Shown one piece after another: positions 29,776-38,979 of a DNA stretch of 64,000 bases. The translations under genes were made by a program, and so were the position numbers. The DNA is from Eubacteriales bacterium (GTDB lineage Bacteria; Bacillota; Clostridia; Saccharofermentanales; Fastidiosipilaceae). Position 1 is the first letter of the stretch. Each line of letters opens with the position of its first letter. Location of the stretch: assembly GCA_030537565.1 (NCBI GenBank), contig JAUNVS010000001.1:6785-70784 (forward strand), read 5' to 3'. Below the pieces are notes generated by a model. That model did not search any database, was not told where the DNA came from, and saw only the letters and a list, made by a program, of their open reading frames with translations.

Positions 29776-31632
29776 CTAAGCCCCCTGTTTCAAGAGTGAT
29801 TCTAAGAGTTCCAGAAGACAATCTTCGAGGCAGAGAACCTCAGACTTGATGTTCAGCTCAGCTGGCATCCACTTCAAGAACTCCGCATAATCCGGTAGTT
29901 CCAAGCCATTCGCTCGCATCAGCTCCTCGTTGCAGAGGATCTCCTGAGCCGAGCCCTCAGAGACCACCTGCCCGTGATTTAAGAGAAGGATGCGATCGGC
30001 ATAGTTCGCCATGTCATTAACGTCATGCGATACCAGGATCAGACTCAGCCCCTGGCGCTGTAAATCTTTTAACATCTCGAGCAACTGACGTTTACTCTGA
30101 GGATCCAATCCTGCAGCCGGTTCATCGAGGACGAGGATCTCCGGATCAGAGGCGAGAAGTCCTGCGAGTGCCGCCCGCCGCATTTGTCCACCCGAAAACG
30201 AAAAGGGTGAGCGTTGGAAATCCGCCTCACTGAAGCCCATCAAAAGGGCCGCCGCAGACGCTTTTTCATAAGCGAGATGAGCTGGAACACCAAGGGCCTT
30301 AGGCCCAAAAGCGATATCGTCAATCAGTGTTTCTGCAAAGAGCTGATGCTCCGGATATTGAAAGAGAAGGGCGATCTTCCGGCGTAGCTGCTTCAGATTT
30401 TTGCGATTCTTGAGATCCATGTCGAGGACTTGAATCTCTCCGGATTGAATTTGGAGCAGCCCATTTAGATGCATGATCAGCGTCGACTTCCCGGCCCCAC
30501 TCGGACCGCAAATCGCTAGACACTCACCGCGATTTAATTCAAAAGAGACCTCCGAAAGGGTTGTGGACTGATCCGCCGCAGAAGATTCTGAATAGCTGAA
30601 GGATAGGCGATCGACACGAAGCACGGGATCGCTAGCAGGCTTCGCCGCGGCACGGACTCTACGCTCTTCTGAAAGACTCTGTTGCAGGGCTTTCATCCGC
30701 TGATCGATGACAGGGTCGCTCCGAGACTCGCCTAAGCGTTGATAGACTAAGGGCGCAAGCCGCTCAGGACTACGCCCATCGAGATCGAGGTAACTGCCAA
30801 GCCCCTCAATCTCAAGACGACGCAAGAGCGCATATAAGCTAGGAACCTCGAGCTGAGGCAAGTGAATCGCAGCTTCAGCAAAAAACTCACGCGGAGGCAT
30901 GTCAAGAATCAAACGCCCCTCCTGGAGATAAAGAATGCGATCAGCGGCAAGCGCTTCCTCTAAGAAATGAGTGACCAAGATCATGGTCAATTGATTCTGG
31001 CGCCGGAGCTCAGCGACAAAGCGTAAAAGTTCATGGCGCATTTGAGGATCTAGCATGCTAGTCGCCTCATCGAAGATAAAACAACGCGGATTCATCGCCA
31101 AAATACCAGCCAGAGCGAGTTTCTGCTTCTGGCCGCCACTAAGCGTATCGGGACTGCGCTTAGCGAGTTCAGAAATCTTCAGAAGCTCAAGCGAATGCGC
31201 TACGCGCTGTCGAATCTCAGGCGCAGGGATGCCGAGATTTTCGAGGCCAAAGGCAGCGTCTTCTTCGACCGTCGTCGCGACGATCTGATTATCTGGATTC
31301 TGGAATACCATCCCGCAACTGCGACGGATCTGCTTCTCATAGGCTGGGTCGGAACCAGGCATAGAAAAGACTGAAATCTCACCCGACTGTGGTTGAAGCA
31401 GGACATTAATGTGACGTGCGAGAGTACTCTTACCGGAACCGTTTTCGCCGAGAATCGCAACAAAAGAACCCTCCTCGATGCTAAAACTGCAATGATCGAG
31501 GGCAGGCCGCTGACTCATGGAAGCAGAGCGATCACTGATGCGCTCATATGTAAAACATAGGGAATCCGCCACGATCCCCGATGACTCGGCAAATTGTTTC
31601 GCTGCTTCCAAACTCATAGAACTCTCAGTCAC
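29776..31632 (-). CDS. Fused ECF transporter ATPase (EcfA1-EcfA2 in one polypeptide)
   Basis: 618 aa with two complete ABC cassettes. Walker A motifs are GENGSGKST and GPSGAGKST; signature motifs are LSGGQKQK and FSGGQMRR. It lies between rplQ and ecfT. Confidence 0.85.
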   Translation of the reverse strand: MTESSMSLEAAKQFAESSGIVADSLCFTYERISDRSASMSQRPALDHCSFSIEEGSFVAILGENGSGKSTLARHINVLLQPQSGEISVFSMPGSDPAYEKQIRRSCGMVFQNPDNQIVATTVEEDAAFGLENLGIPAPEIRQRVAHSLELLKISELAKRSPDTLSGGQKQKLALAGILAMNPRCFIFDEATSMLDPQMRHELLRFVAELRRQNQLTMILVTHFLEEALAADRILYLQEGRLILDMPPREFFAEAAIHLPQLEVPSLYALLRRLEIEGLGSYLDLDGRSPERLAPLVYQRLGESRSDPVIDQRMKALQQSLSEERRVRAAAKPASDPVLRVDRLSFSYSESSAADQSTTLSEVSFELNRGECLAICGPSGAGKSTLIMHLNGLLQIQSGEIQVLDMDLKNRKNLKQLRRKIALLFQYPEHQLFAETLIDDIAFGPKALGVPAHLAYEKASAAALLMGFSEADFQRSPFSFSGGQMRRAALAGLLASDPEILVLDEPAAGLDPQSKRQLLEMLKDLQRQGLSLILVSHDVNDMANYADRILLLNHGQVVSEGSAQEILCNEELMRANGLELPDYAEFLKWMPAELNIKSEVLCLEDCLLELLESLLKQGA

Positions 31633-31644
31633 TCAAATTTTCCT

Positions 31645-31670
31645 TAAAAAAAGCCTCCCGAAGGAGGCTC
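31645..31670 (-). terminator. Intrinsic terminator after rplQ
   Basis: Minus strand reads AGCCTCC-TTCG-GGAGGCT followed by TTTTTTT. Confidence 0.6.
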
Positions 31671-31719
31671 TAATAATAACGCATGAAACAGATCATCGTA
31701 GATGCATCTGGCGTGCGAA

Positions 31720-32250
31720 TCAGATTTTCACGAGCTCGAGGCGTGCAATCTCTGCACCGTCACCACGGCGTGCACCGAGTTTGACAATGCGGGTATAACC
31801 GCCCTGAACGCCCTCAAAACGGGGACCAATCTCATTTAAAAGCACATCAGCTGGCGAACGACGCTTGCCGTTTTCATCGACAATGCTCGGGAGAGCACGC
31901 ATGATGCGGCGGCGAGCAGCCAAGCGAGACGGAGCATCGACACGAACTTCCTTCGTGCTGACCTCACGTTCGACGACATCGTACTCACGACCATTTTTAC
32001 TCGTCTTACGAGCCAGAACCTTACGGCCCTGTCCATCAAGTTTCGCTGACGATACCACGACTTCACCCATCTCATAATGGGAATGTTCACGGGCAGCCAG
32101 GGTAATCAGCTTCTCAGCAATGCGCTGAGCTTCCTTCGCACGGTAGAGAGTCGTTTCGACCTCTCCCTTCATAATCAAGGTCGCCACAATGCCATTTAGC
32201 ATGGCGAGACGGTGGCTCGTTCTACGACCCAATTTACGATTGTTGGGCAT
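31720..32250 (-). CDS. rplQ: 50S ribosomal protein bL17 (long form with an internal insertion)
   Basis: N-terminus KLGRRTSHRLAMLNGIVATLI and C-terminus GGYTRIVKLGARRGDGAEIARLELV are canonical. About 50 extra residues lie between them. Confidence 0.9.
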   Translation of the reverse strand: MPNNRKLGRRTSHRLAMLNGIVATLIMKGEVETTLYRAKEAQRIAEKLITLAAREHSHYEMGEVVVSSAKLDGQGRKVLARKTSKNGREYDVVEREVSTKEVRVDAPSRLAARRRIMRALPSIVDENGKRRSPADVLLNEIGPRFEGVQGGYTRIVKLGARRGDGAEIARLELVKI

Positions 32251-32278
32251 TTTAAATCCTCCTTAAGTGTGGCGTCCC

Positions 32279-33235
32279 TTAAAGCTCTGAACTCTCGGCT
32301 AGGGATAGACCCATCTCCTCGAGCTTCTGAATCACTTCCTCGAGAGACTTCTTACCGAGATTGCGGACCTTCATCATATCGTCTTCGGAACGAACAACTA
32401 AGTCACCGATCTGATTGATGTTGGCACGTTTCAGACAGTTGTAGGTTCGGACGCTGAAATCCATGTCTTCAATAAAGGTATCCAGGACCTGGTTTTTCTC
32501 CTCGACGACAGGGTCATCGCTATCCTGGTCGAACACATTGCGCTCAGTCAAGCCGACAAAGCTCTGTAAGTGTTCGCATAAAATTTTCGCAGCGTGACTC
32601 AGGGCCTTATCTGCGGCGATCGTGCGATCCGTATTGATTTCGATCGTCAATTTATCGTAGTCAGTCACCTGACCAACACGGCTATTCTCAACTGAGAAAT
32701 TCACCTTACGAATTGGAGTGAAGATCGAATCGATTGGAATCACGCCGATGGGTTGATTGGGCCACTTATTCTGATCCGAGGTGTTGTACCCATGACCATT
32801 ACTGACCGTAAACTCCATGAACAAACGGCTCTTACCATTCATGGTACAGATCACTTGTTCAGGATTGCGGATCTCCAGCTCATCATCAGTGCTGATATCT
32901 CCGGCTCTCACCTCACCGACGTAACCCTCAGGTTTGTTGAGGTAGACCGTCTTCGGACCATCCACATGCATATGAGTACGAATCCCTTTTACATTAAGGA
33001 TGATCTCAGTCATGTCCTCGATTACGCCTTCGATCGTAGAAAATTCGTGGAAAACGTTTTCGACGCGCAGAGCGGTTACAGCTGAACCAGGCAATGAGCT
33101 GAGGAGCACTCGACGGAGCGAATTACCTAAAGTCATACCATAGCCGCGCTCGAGAGGCTCGACCATAAACTTCCCATAGGACTTATCTTCGGATTGCTCC
33201 ACCGTTTCAATATCGGGTTTATTCACTTCTAACAT
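32279..33235 (-). CDS. rpoA: DNA-directed RNA polymerase subunit alpha
   Basis: 318 aa with GKFMVEPLERGYGMTLGNSLRRVLLSSLPG and a C-terminal domain reading ...SVRTYNCLKRANI. Confidence 0.95.
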   Translation of the reverse strand: MLEVNKPDIETVEQSEDKSYGKFMVEPLERGYGMTLGNSLRRVLLSSLPGSAVTALRVENVFHEFSTIEGVIEDMTEIILNVKGIRTHMHVDGPKTVYLNKPEGYVGEVRAGDISTDDELEIRNPEQVICTMNGKSRLFMEFTVSNGHGYNTSDQNKWPNQPIGVIPIDSIFTPIRKVNFSVENSRVGQVTDYDKLTIEINTDRTIAADKALSHAAKILCEHLQSFVGLTERNVFDQDSDDPVVEEKNQVLDTFIEDMDFSVRTYNCLKRANINQIGDLVVRSEDDMMKVRNLGKKSLEEVIQKLEEMGLSLAESSEL

Positions 33236-33335
33236 TAATTACCTCCCGCTTGCGTGGTGAGCGCTTCGCATTGCTCGAGAAACTTCACTACAAAGCCTCT
33301 CTTCGACTTCAGAATCGGAATACATCCGAGTCCGA

Positions 33336-33740
33336 TTACATTCTGCGGCGCTTGGGAGGACGGCAACCATTGTGTGGGATCGGCGTTACATCTTTAATCA
33401 ACGTAACCTCCAAGCCTACATTGCCGAGGGCGCGAATAGCGGATTCACGACCCGAACCGGGCCCCTTTACGTAAACTTCAACACTCTTGAGACCATGCTC
33501 CATCGCAGCGCGTGCCGCGGCTTCAGAAGCGGTCTGTGCGGCGAAGGGAGTGCTCTTACGAGAACCCTTCATGCCATTGGCGCCTGCAGACGACCACGCA
33601 ATTGCGTTACCGTCCATATCGGTGATCGAAACGATCGTATTATTAAAAGAAGAATGAATGTGAACCTGTCCTCGCTCGATATTTTTACGTTCGCGGCGAC
33701 GGACGCGGGTAACTTTCTTCTTAGCACCTGCTTTTGCCAT
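33336..33740 (-). CDS. rpsK: 30S ribosomal protein uS11
   Basis: Translation matches uS11 ([18 protein letters not shown]...), and the alpha-operon gene order fits. Confidence 0.95.
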   Translation of the reverse strand: MAKAGAKKKVTRVRRRERKNIERGQVHIHSSFNNTIVSITDMDGNAIAWSSAGANGMKGSRKSTPFAAQTASEAAARAAMEHGLKSVEVYVKGPGSGRESAIRALGNVGLEVTLIKDVTPIPHNGCRPPKRRRM

Positions 33741-33759
33741 GATTTAATTACCCCCTCAG

Positions 33760-34128
33760 TTATTTCTTCTTACCAGCGATCGTGCGCTTAGCGCCCTTTC
33801 GCGTACGTGCATTCGTCTTGGTGCGCTGACCACGAACGGGCAGCTTCATGCGATGACGACGACCACGATAGCAACCAATGTCACCGAGGCGCTTAATGTT
33901 CATCGCCGTCTCACGACGAAGGTCACCCTCTACCTTATAGTTATTTTCTAGTTCATCGCGAATCTTCGAAAGATCGTCATCAGTCAGATCCTTCGTGCGC
34001 GTATCGGGACTAATTCCGCACTTCGTTAAGATTTCGTTGGCAAGAGTTCTACCAATCCCATAAATATAGGTTAAGGAAATCTCAATGCGTTTCTCGTTCG
34101 GCAGGTCAACACCTGAAATACGAGCCAT
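33760..34128 (-). CDS. rpsM: 30S ribosomal protein uS13
   Basis: [26 protein letters not shown]. Confidence 0.95.
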   Translation of the reverse strand: MARISGVDLPNEKRIEISLTYIYGIGRTLANEILTKCGISPDTRTKDLTDDDLSKIRDELENNYKVEGDLRRETAMNIKRLGDIGCYRGRRHRMKLPVRGQRTKTNARTRKGAKRTIAGKKK

Positions 34129-34263
34129 GATTTACCTCCATGTAAATTTAAATGTCTATCTATCTATATAACACCGCTAGGCTCAAACGACAGCCGCGCC
34201 TGCGTGTGAAAACAAATTAAGAGAAGAAGAGGCGTTCATCCGAACGCCTTTCGTTCGCTTGAC

Positions 34264-34377
34264 TTAGCCCTGACGCTGTTTGTGCTTGGGATCGCTGCAA
34301 ATCACCATTACACGGCCCTTACGGCGAATGACCTTACACTTCTCGCACATCGGCTTAACGGAAGCTCTAACTTTCAT
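34264..34377 (-). CDS. rpmJ: 50S ribosomal protein bL36
   Basis: My own translation gives [37 protein letters not shown], with a GGAGG RBS. It is below the ORF-track size cutoff. Confidence 0.92.
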   Translation of the reverse strand: MKVRASVKPMCEKCKVIRRKGRVMVICSDPKHKQRQG

Positions 34378-34466
34378 AATAATCCTCCAAGTCTAGATGG
34401 CGTCATCGTCATCGTCATCGCATCGCCGCGCACGGCGACAACACATGTGTAAACACATGCCGAAAC

Positions 34467-34494
34467 ATTCTAACAGAAAAGCAAGAACATTCAA
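34467..34494 (-). promoter_or_regulatory. Candidate sigma-70 promoter for rpmJ-rpsM-rpsK-rpoA-rplQ
   Basis: Minus strand reads TTGAAT-16 nt-TAGAAT. A 16-bp palindrome (34444..34459) lies just downstream. Confidence 0.4.
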
Positions 34495-34589
34495 GAGAAA
34501 GCAGATTATTAATCCTATTTCTCCTGAAGATTCTACAATTTGCACATGTTCTCAGCGACGCATCAACTGATCGACGCTGCAAGTCCTCT

Positions 34590-34808
34590 TTACTTAGCGC
34601 GCCACGTAATACGTCCGCGGGTCAAATCATAGGGGGACAATTCGAGGGTGACTCGGTCACCTTGCAAAATTTTAATGTAGTTCTGTCGTAAGCGCCCTGA
34701 TATGTGAGCTAATACGAGATGGCCGTTTGCGAGGCGAACCTTAAAGTTCGCGTTAGGCAGGGACTCCTCGACGATTCCCTCCACCTCGATCACATCGGCT
34801 TTTGACAT
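34590..34808 (-). CDS. infA: Translation initiation factor IF-1
   Basis: [41 protein letters not shown]. Confidence 0.95.
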   Translation of the reverse strand: MSKADVIEVEGIVEESLPNANFKVRLANGHLVLAHISGRLRQNYIKILQGDRVTLELSPYDLTRGRITWRAK

Positions 34809-34863
34809 ATAAAAATCCTCCTCATGTTCTAAAAGTAGAACTTGCGTTTATATAAATTCAATC

Positions 34864-35421
34864 TTAAATTTTATAGGAAATGCTCGACTTCTTCAAGTAA
34901 TTCAGCGAGTCTAACTCAATTTTTGGCAATATTTTCGCTTCTTTTTCACAAAACTTGTGAAACAAAGCCGCCTCGAAGCGACTCAGGCTGCGTTTTTTAG
35001 CACGTGAATAACTCTTATAGAAAACCCTGTGGCGCTTCTTCTGCCCGGATCTCAGGGCTTCTTTTTCATCCAACTTATAGGCAACGTAGTCAGCAAAGGC
35101 GCTCAACTCACCTGACTCAATGAGATTCTCAGCTGCCAACAAGACGTAGGCAGTCGGATGAATCCGGTGAATGATAAAGCCGCCACCGCGCTTCGCTGTG
35201 AACAAGGCATAGACCCGAGCATCGCTAGATTTGAACAGAAGAGCTAGACGTCCAGCTCTGCCCCCAGAAGTCAGCAGGCCCAGGCGCGGAAATTCATTCG
35301 CTTTTGTATCATCGCCTAAGTCCAGACCCAATTGCTGTTCGCGAAAACAATCCGCAATTAACGCGCGCCTGCGGTTTCGCCCCCATCTAGAACGCCAATC
35401 GCCGATCACTTCGATTGCCAT
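34864..35421 (-). CDS. Uncharacterised Arg/Lys-rich protein encoded between map and infA
   Basis: 185-codon open frame filling an otherwise roughly 600-nt gap in a compact operon. It overlaps the map 3' end by 16 nt. I recognise no family, and the RBS is weak. Confidence 0.5.
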   Translation of the reverse strand: MAIEVIGDWRSRWGRNRRRALIADCFREQQLGLDLGDDTKANEFPRLGLLTSGGRAGRLALLFKSSDARVYALFTAKRGGGFIIHRIHPTAYVLLAAENLIESGELSAFADYVAYKLDEKEALRSGQKKRHRVFYKSYSRAKKRSLSRFEAALFHKFCEKEAKILPKIELDSLNYLKKSSISYKI

Positions 35422-36212
35422 TTTGCGAAAAACGCCTCGACTTCATCAGATGTCATCGTCAGGATTTCTGGGCCATGCTCAGTAATCGCCACTGTGTTCT
35501 CATAATGGGCGGACAGCTCTCCATCCTCCATGACGCAGCTCCACTCGTCCTCGTCGATCATAATGTACTGCTCACCTGCCGCAATCATCGGCTCAATACA
35601 AATCACCATGCCGGCTTCAAGACGCGGACCGCGATGCGGGCGCCCATAATTCGGCACGTCGGGGGCCTCATGCATGTCCACACCGATGCCGTGGCCAGTC
35701 ATCTCACGAATTACCGAATAGCCATGTGACTCACTATAGCTCTGAACCGCAAAAGAAATGTCTCCGACCCGATTCCCTGGTATCGCCGCTAAAAGCCCGC
35801 GAAAAAACGAGGCTTCCGCCGCATCAATAATCGCCTCTGCCTCTGGACTAACCGTACCAACTGGAAATGTCCGAGCCGCATCCGCCATATAACCGTTTAA
35901 GCCGACGACGACATCAACCGTGACAATGTCCCCCTCAGCCAAAATACGTGATTTACTGGGAACGCCGTGGACAACGGTTTCATTTAGGGAAATGCATGTC
36001 GCCGCAGGATAGGGCGGCTGCCCATAATTAATACAGGGGCAGGAAGCACCTCGCGAGCGGATGTGCTTCTCACAGAGCTTATCGAGCTCATAGGTCGAAA
36101 GACCAGGACGGATCGACGACTTAGCCAGGGCAAAGACCTCACTAATAATCTGTCCAGCCGCCCGGATCTTCTCAATTTCTTCAGGATTTCTCAGATTAAT
36201 TCTGCGAATCAT
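35406..36212 (-). CDS. map: Type I methionine aminopeptidase
   Basis: MIRRINLRNPEEIEKIRAAGQII..., with metal-ligand regions (DIVTVDV, HGIG, EPM). The start is set at M34 of the ORF-track frame. Confidence 0.9.
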   Translation of the reverse strand: MIRRINLRNPEEIEKIRAAGQIISEVFALAKSSIRPGLSTYELDKLCEKHIRSRGASCPCINYGQPPYPAATCISLNETVVHGVPSKSRILAEGDIVTVDVVVGLNGYMADAARTFPVGTVSPEAEAIIDAAEASFFRGLLAAIPGNRVGDISFAVQSYSESHGYSVIREMTGHGIGVDMHEAPDVPNYGRPHRGPRLEAGMVICIEPMIAAGEQYIMIDEDEWSCVMEDGELSAHYENTVAITEHGPEILTMTSDEVEAFFAKWQSK

Positions 36213-36249
36213 ATAACACTCACTCACATAAATAAATTTATAACAGAAC

Positions 36250-36894
36250 TCAGGTGGATAACACCTTCCGTAAGATCTCGCGCAGAGCCTCCGGTGGACC
36301 GGAATTGTCAATGCGTCTCAAGAGCCCACGCGCCTCATAGAACTGAATCAGAGGCTTCGTATTCTCTTCAAAAGTCTTCAGTCTCGCCATCACTGTCTCT
36401 CGGGAATCATCCGCACGCCGCTGCAACTCACCCGCACAGTGATCGCATAGTCCAGGCCGAGCAGGCGCATTCAGAGTGAGATGATAGGACGCTCCACAGA
36501 GAGGGCAAACTCGACGCTGAGAAATCCGCTCGCAAATAAGCTCGTAGTCCACCTCTACGAGTAGCACTAAGTCAATGTCCATATTGAACTCGGCCAAAAT
36601 CCGATCGAGGGCTTCTGCTTGAGGAATCGTTCGAGGAAAGCCATCGAAAATGTATCCAGAAGAACTAGACAAGCTGCGTAAGTGCTCCTGGAGCATATTC
36701 GCAGTTAAGGTATCGGGAACCAAGCAACCCGCTTCAATGTAATGCTTCGCTTCGATCCCGAGCGGGGTCCCCTCTGCAATCGACTGACGAAATAGATCCC
36801 CTGTCGACACATGTGTTAGGCCTAATAGTGAAATTAACTGAGCTGAAACCGTTCCTTTACCCGCGCCTGGCGCTCCGAGCAAAATCAGATTCAT
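36250..36894 (-). CDS. adk: Adenylate kinase (zinc-lid type)
   Basis: MNLILLGAPGAGKGT P-loop and a CPLCGASYH...CDHC lid. The start is set at M24 of the ORF-track frame. Confidence 0.92.
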   Translation of the reverse strand: MNLILLGAPGAGKGTVSAQLISLLGLTHVSTGDLFRQSIAEGTPLGIEAKHYIEAGCLVPDTLTANMLQEHLRSLSSSSGYIFDGFPRTIPQAEALDRILAEFNMDIDLVLLVEVDYELICERISQRRVCPLCGASYHLTLNAPARPGLCDHCAGELQRRADDSRETVMARLKTFEENTKPLIQFYEARGLLRRIDNSGPPEALREILRKVLST

Positions 36895-37028
36895 ACGTCC
36901 CTCCCCCGCTAATAAGCGATATCGTACGCAAGCAGTTTGCAATCTAGAGTATAGCAAGTTCAAGACTGAAAATGTAAAAGATCCGCCCCGAAAAGGAGCG
37001 GATCTTTCAAAAAGGCAATAAAGATGTA

Positions 37029-38327
37029 TTAACCTAGGAAGCCTTTGTACTGACGCTGCATCATCTGCGCTTCCAGCTGATTGAGAAGATCCATACAGAC
37101 ACCAACGATAATGATGACTGCCGTACCACCAAACCAGAGACCATGAGTGCGAGTCAAGGCACCAATCAATCCAGGTAAAACCGTTACGCAGGAGAGGAAG
37201 ATACCATCAACCCAGCAGAGGCGATGGCTCGAACGAGCGATAAAATCTGCAGTTGGACGGCCTGGGCGAATGCCAGGGATATAGCCACCATTCTTCTGAA
37301 TATTAGCGCTGATCTCGTAAGGATTGTACTGAATCTCGGAGTAGAAGAAGGTGAAAGCGATGATCAGGACGATCTGGATCAGATAGTAGAATGGGTTCTG
37401 ATGTAAATTTCTAAACCACATAACCACAGGGTTCTCTGAATTGATGAAGAAGAAAGTAACGATCAGAGACGGCATCTGGATGATCGCCATCGCAAAGATG
37501 ACAGGCATAACAGATGACTGATTGACCCGAATCGGGATGTAGCTACTCTGGCCACCGTACTGACGACGGCCCTTAACACGCTTGGCGTACTGGACTGGAA
37601 TGCGTCGCTCTGCCTGATGAACGAAGATAACAAAAATCAGGATTGCAAGAGCCACCAATACGAGGATGATCGCATAGATCACCGCCATAAAGAAGTTGCT
37701 GCGCGTACGCCAGATTTCGAAGTAGCGGGAGGCGTTGAGGCTGATGCCAGGAAGACGTGAAATGATACCAACGAAGATCAGGATGGAAATACCATTACCG
37801 ACGCCGTTAAAGTTAATCGCTTCACCGATCCACATGACAACCGCTGTACCAGCAGTAAAGGATGCGATGATCACTAAGGCTGAAAGCACAGGGGAAATTC
37901 CCTGAACTGTACTCGACTTCGTCGCCATCCAGAAGAAGAAGGCTTGGAGAAGACCCAAACAGACGGTCACAATACGAACGATCTGCTGAATTTTCTTACG
38001 ACCAGTCTCCCCCTCTTTACTCAGGTTTTCAAGAGCAGGGATCGCTACCGTGAGAAGCTGAATAATAATTGAGGCGTTAATGTAAGGCTGAATCCCCATC
38101 GCGAAGATCGAGACCGATGATAGGGCACCACCAGAAATGATATCCATCATGCTACCTAAGGAACCAAAGCGATTAAGCAGGTTCGTAAAGGCGACGCGGT
38201 CGATGAACGGAACCGGAACGGCAGCACCGATACGGTAAGCTACGATCATCATGAGCGTAAAAATCATGCGCGAACGAAGTTCTGGGTTGCGCCAACTATT
38301 CGCAATTGTCGTGCGGACGTTTGTCAC
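37029..38327 (-). CDS. secY: Preprotein translocase subunit SecY
   Basis: Polytopic protein with the SecY-like N-terminus ...IANSWRNPELRSRMIFTLMMIVAYRIG. The GTG start at 38327 is preceded by AAGGAGG and lies 1 nt after the rplO TGA. The ORF-track ATG at 38402 would overlap rplO by 74 nt. Confidence 0.9.
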   Translation of the reverse strand: MTNVRTTIANSWRNPELRSRMIFTLMMIVAYRIGAAVPVPFIDRVAFTNLLNRFGSLGSMMDIISGGALSSVSIFAMGIQPYINASIIIQLLTVAIPALENLSKEGETGRKKIQQIVRIVTVCLGLLQAFFFWMATKSSTVQGISPVLSALVIIASFTAGTAVVMWIGEAINFNGVGNGISILIFVGIISRLPGISLNASRYFEIWRTRSNFFMAVIYAIILVLVALAILIFVIFVHQAERRIPVQYAKRVKGRRQYGGQSSYIPIRVNQSSVMPVIFAMAIIQMPSLIVTFFFINSENPVVMWFRNLHQNPFYYLIQIVLIIAFTFFYSEIQYNPYEISANIQKNGGYIPGIRPGRPTADFIARSSHRLCWVDGIFLSCVTVLPGLIGALTRTHGLWFGGTAVIIIVGVCMDLLNQLEAQMMQRQYKGFLG

Positions 38328-38328
38328 C

Positions 38329-38778
38329 TCAAACCTCCTTCGCCGTGCCTCCGGCGGACTCGATTGCTTCTTTTGCCGAGCGGGTAAAACCGTGGGCCTC
38401 AACAGTAAGCTTCTTCGTTAGTTCACCGCCGCCGATGACTTTAAAGCCATCCGTGCACTTGGGGAACTTAATCAACTTTTTGGACTTGAGCGTCTCGAGG
38501 TTGACCGTTTCGCCATCTTCAAAGGCGTTGAGCTGCTCTAGACGAATCTCAAGCAAGCGAAGGGCAAAAGCTCTATGGTTAAAACCGCGCTTAGGAACTT
38601 GACGGAAAAGTGGTGTTTGACCACCCTCGAAGCCCCAGCGGACACCGCCACCAGAACGGGCCTTTTGGCCCTTATGGCCGCGGCCAGCGGTCTTACCATT
38701 CCCTGAACCAACACCACGCCCCTTACGGAAGGTTGAGCGGGTCGAACCTGCATTCGGACGTAATTCATTTAATTTCAT
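38329..38778 (-). CDS. rplO: 50S ribosomal protein uL15
   Basis: [43 protein letters not shown]. Confidence 0.95.
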   Translation of the reverse strand: MKLNELRPNAGSTRSTFRKGRGVGSGNGKTAGRGHKGQKARSGGGVRWGFEGGQTPLFRQVPKRGFNHRAFALRLLEIRLEQLNAFEDGETVNLETLKSKKLIKFPKCTDGFKVIGGGELTKKLTVEAHGFTRSAKEAIESAGGTAKEV

Positions 38779-38969
38779 TCTTCACCTCCGGCAAGTTCTT
38801 CAACTTTGACAATATGAGCAACTTTTTTGACCATGCCACGAATTGCGGGGCTGTCCTCAAAGACATTGGAGCGATCGATCTTTCCAAGGCCGAGGGCTTC
38901 TAAGGTCAAAAGCGCTTTCTTCTGAAGTCCGCTCTTACTGCGAACTTGAGTGACTTTAATCTTAGACAT
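38775..38969 (-). CDS. rpmD: 50S ribosomal protein uL30
   Basis: [31 protein letters not shown]. The start is set at an internal ATG so that it does not overlap rpsE. Confidence 0.9.
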   Translation of the reverse strand: MSKIKVTQVRSKSGLQKKALLTLEALGLGKIDRSNVFEDSPAIRGMVKKVAHIVKVEELAGGEE

Positions 38970-38979
38970 GTGCTCCCCC

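Noticed and set aside
35231-35485. 84-aa plus-strand ORF opposite the unknown ORF and the map junction
   Set aside because: It is Arg/Pro/Ser-rich shadow sequence and overlaps the well-supported map C-terminus on the other strand.
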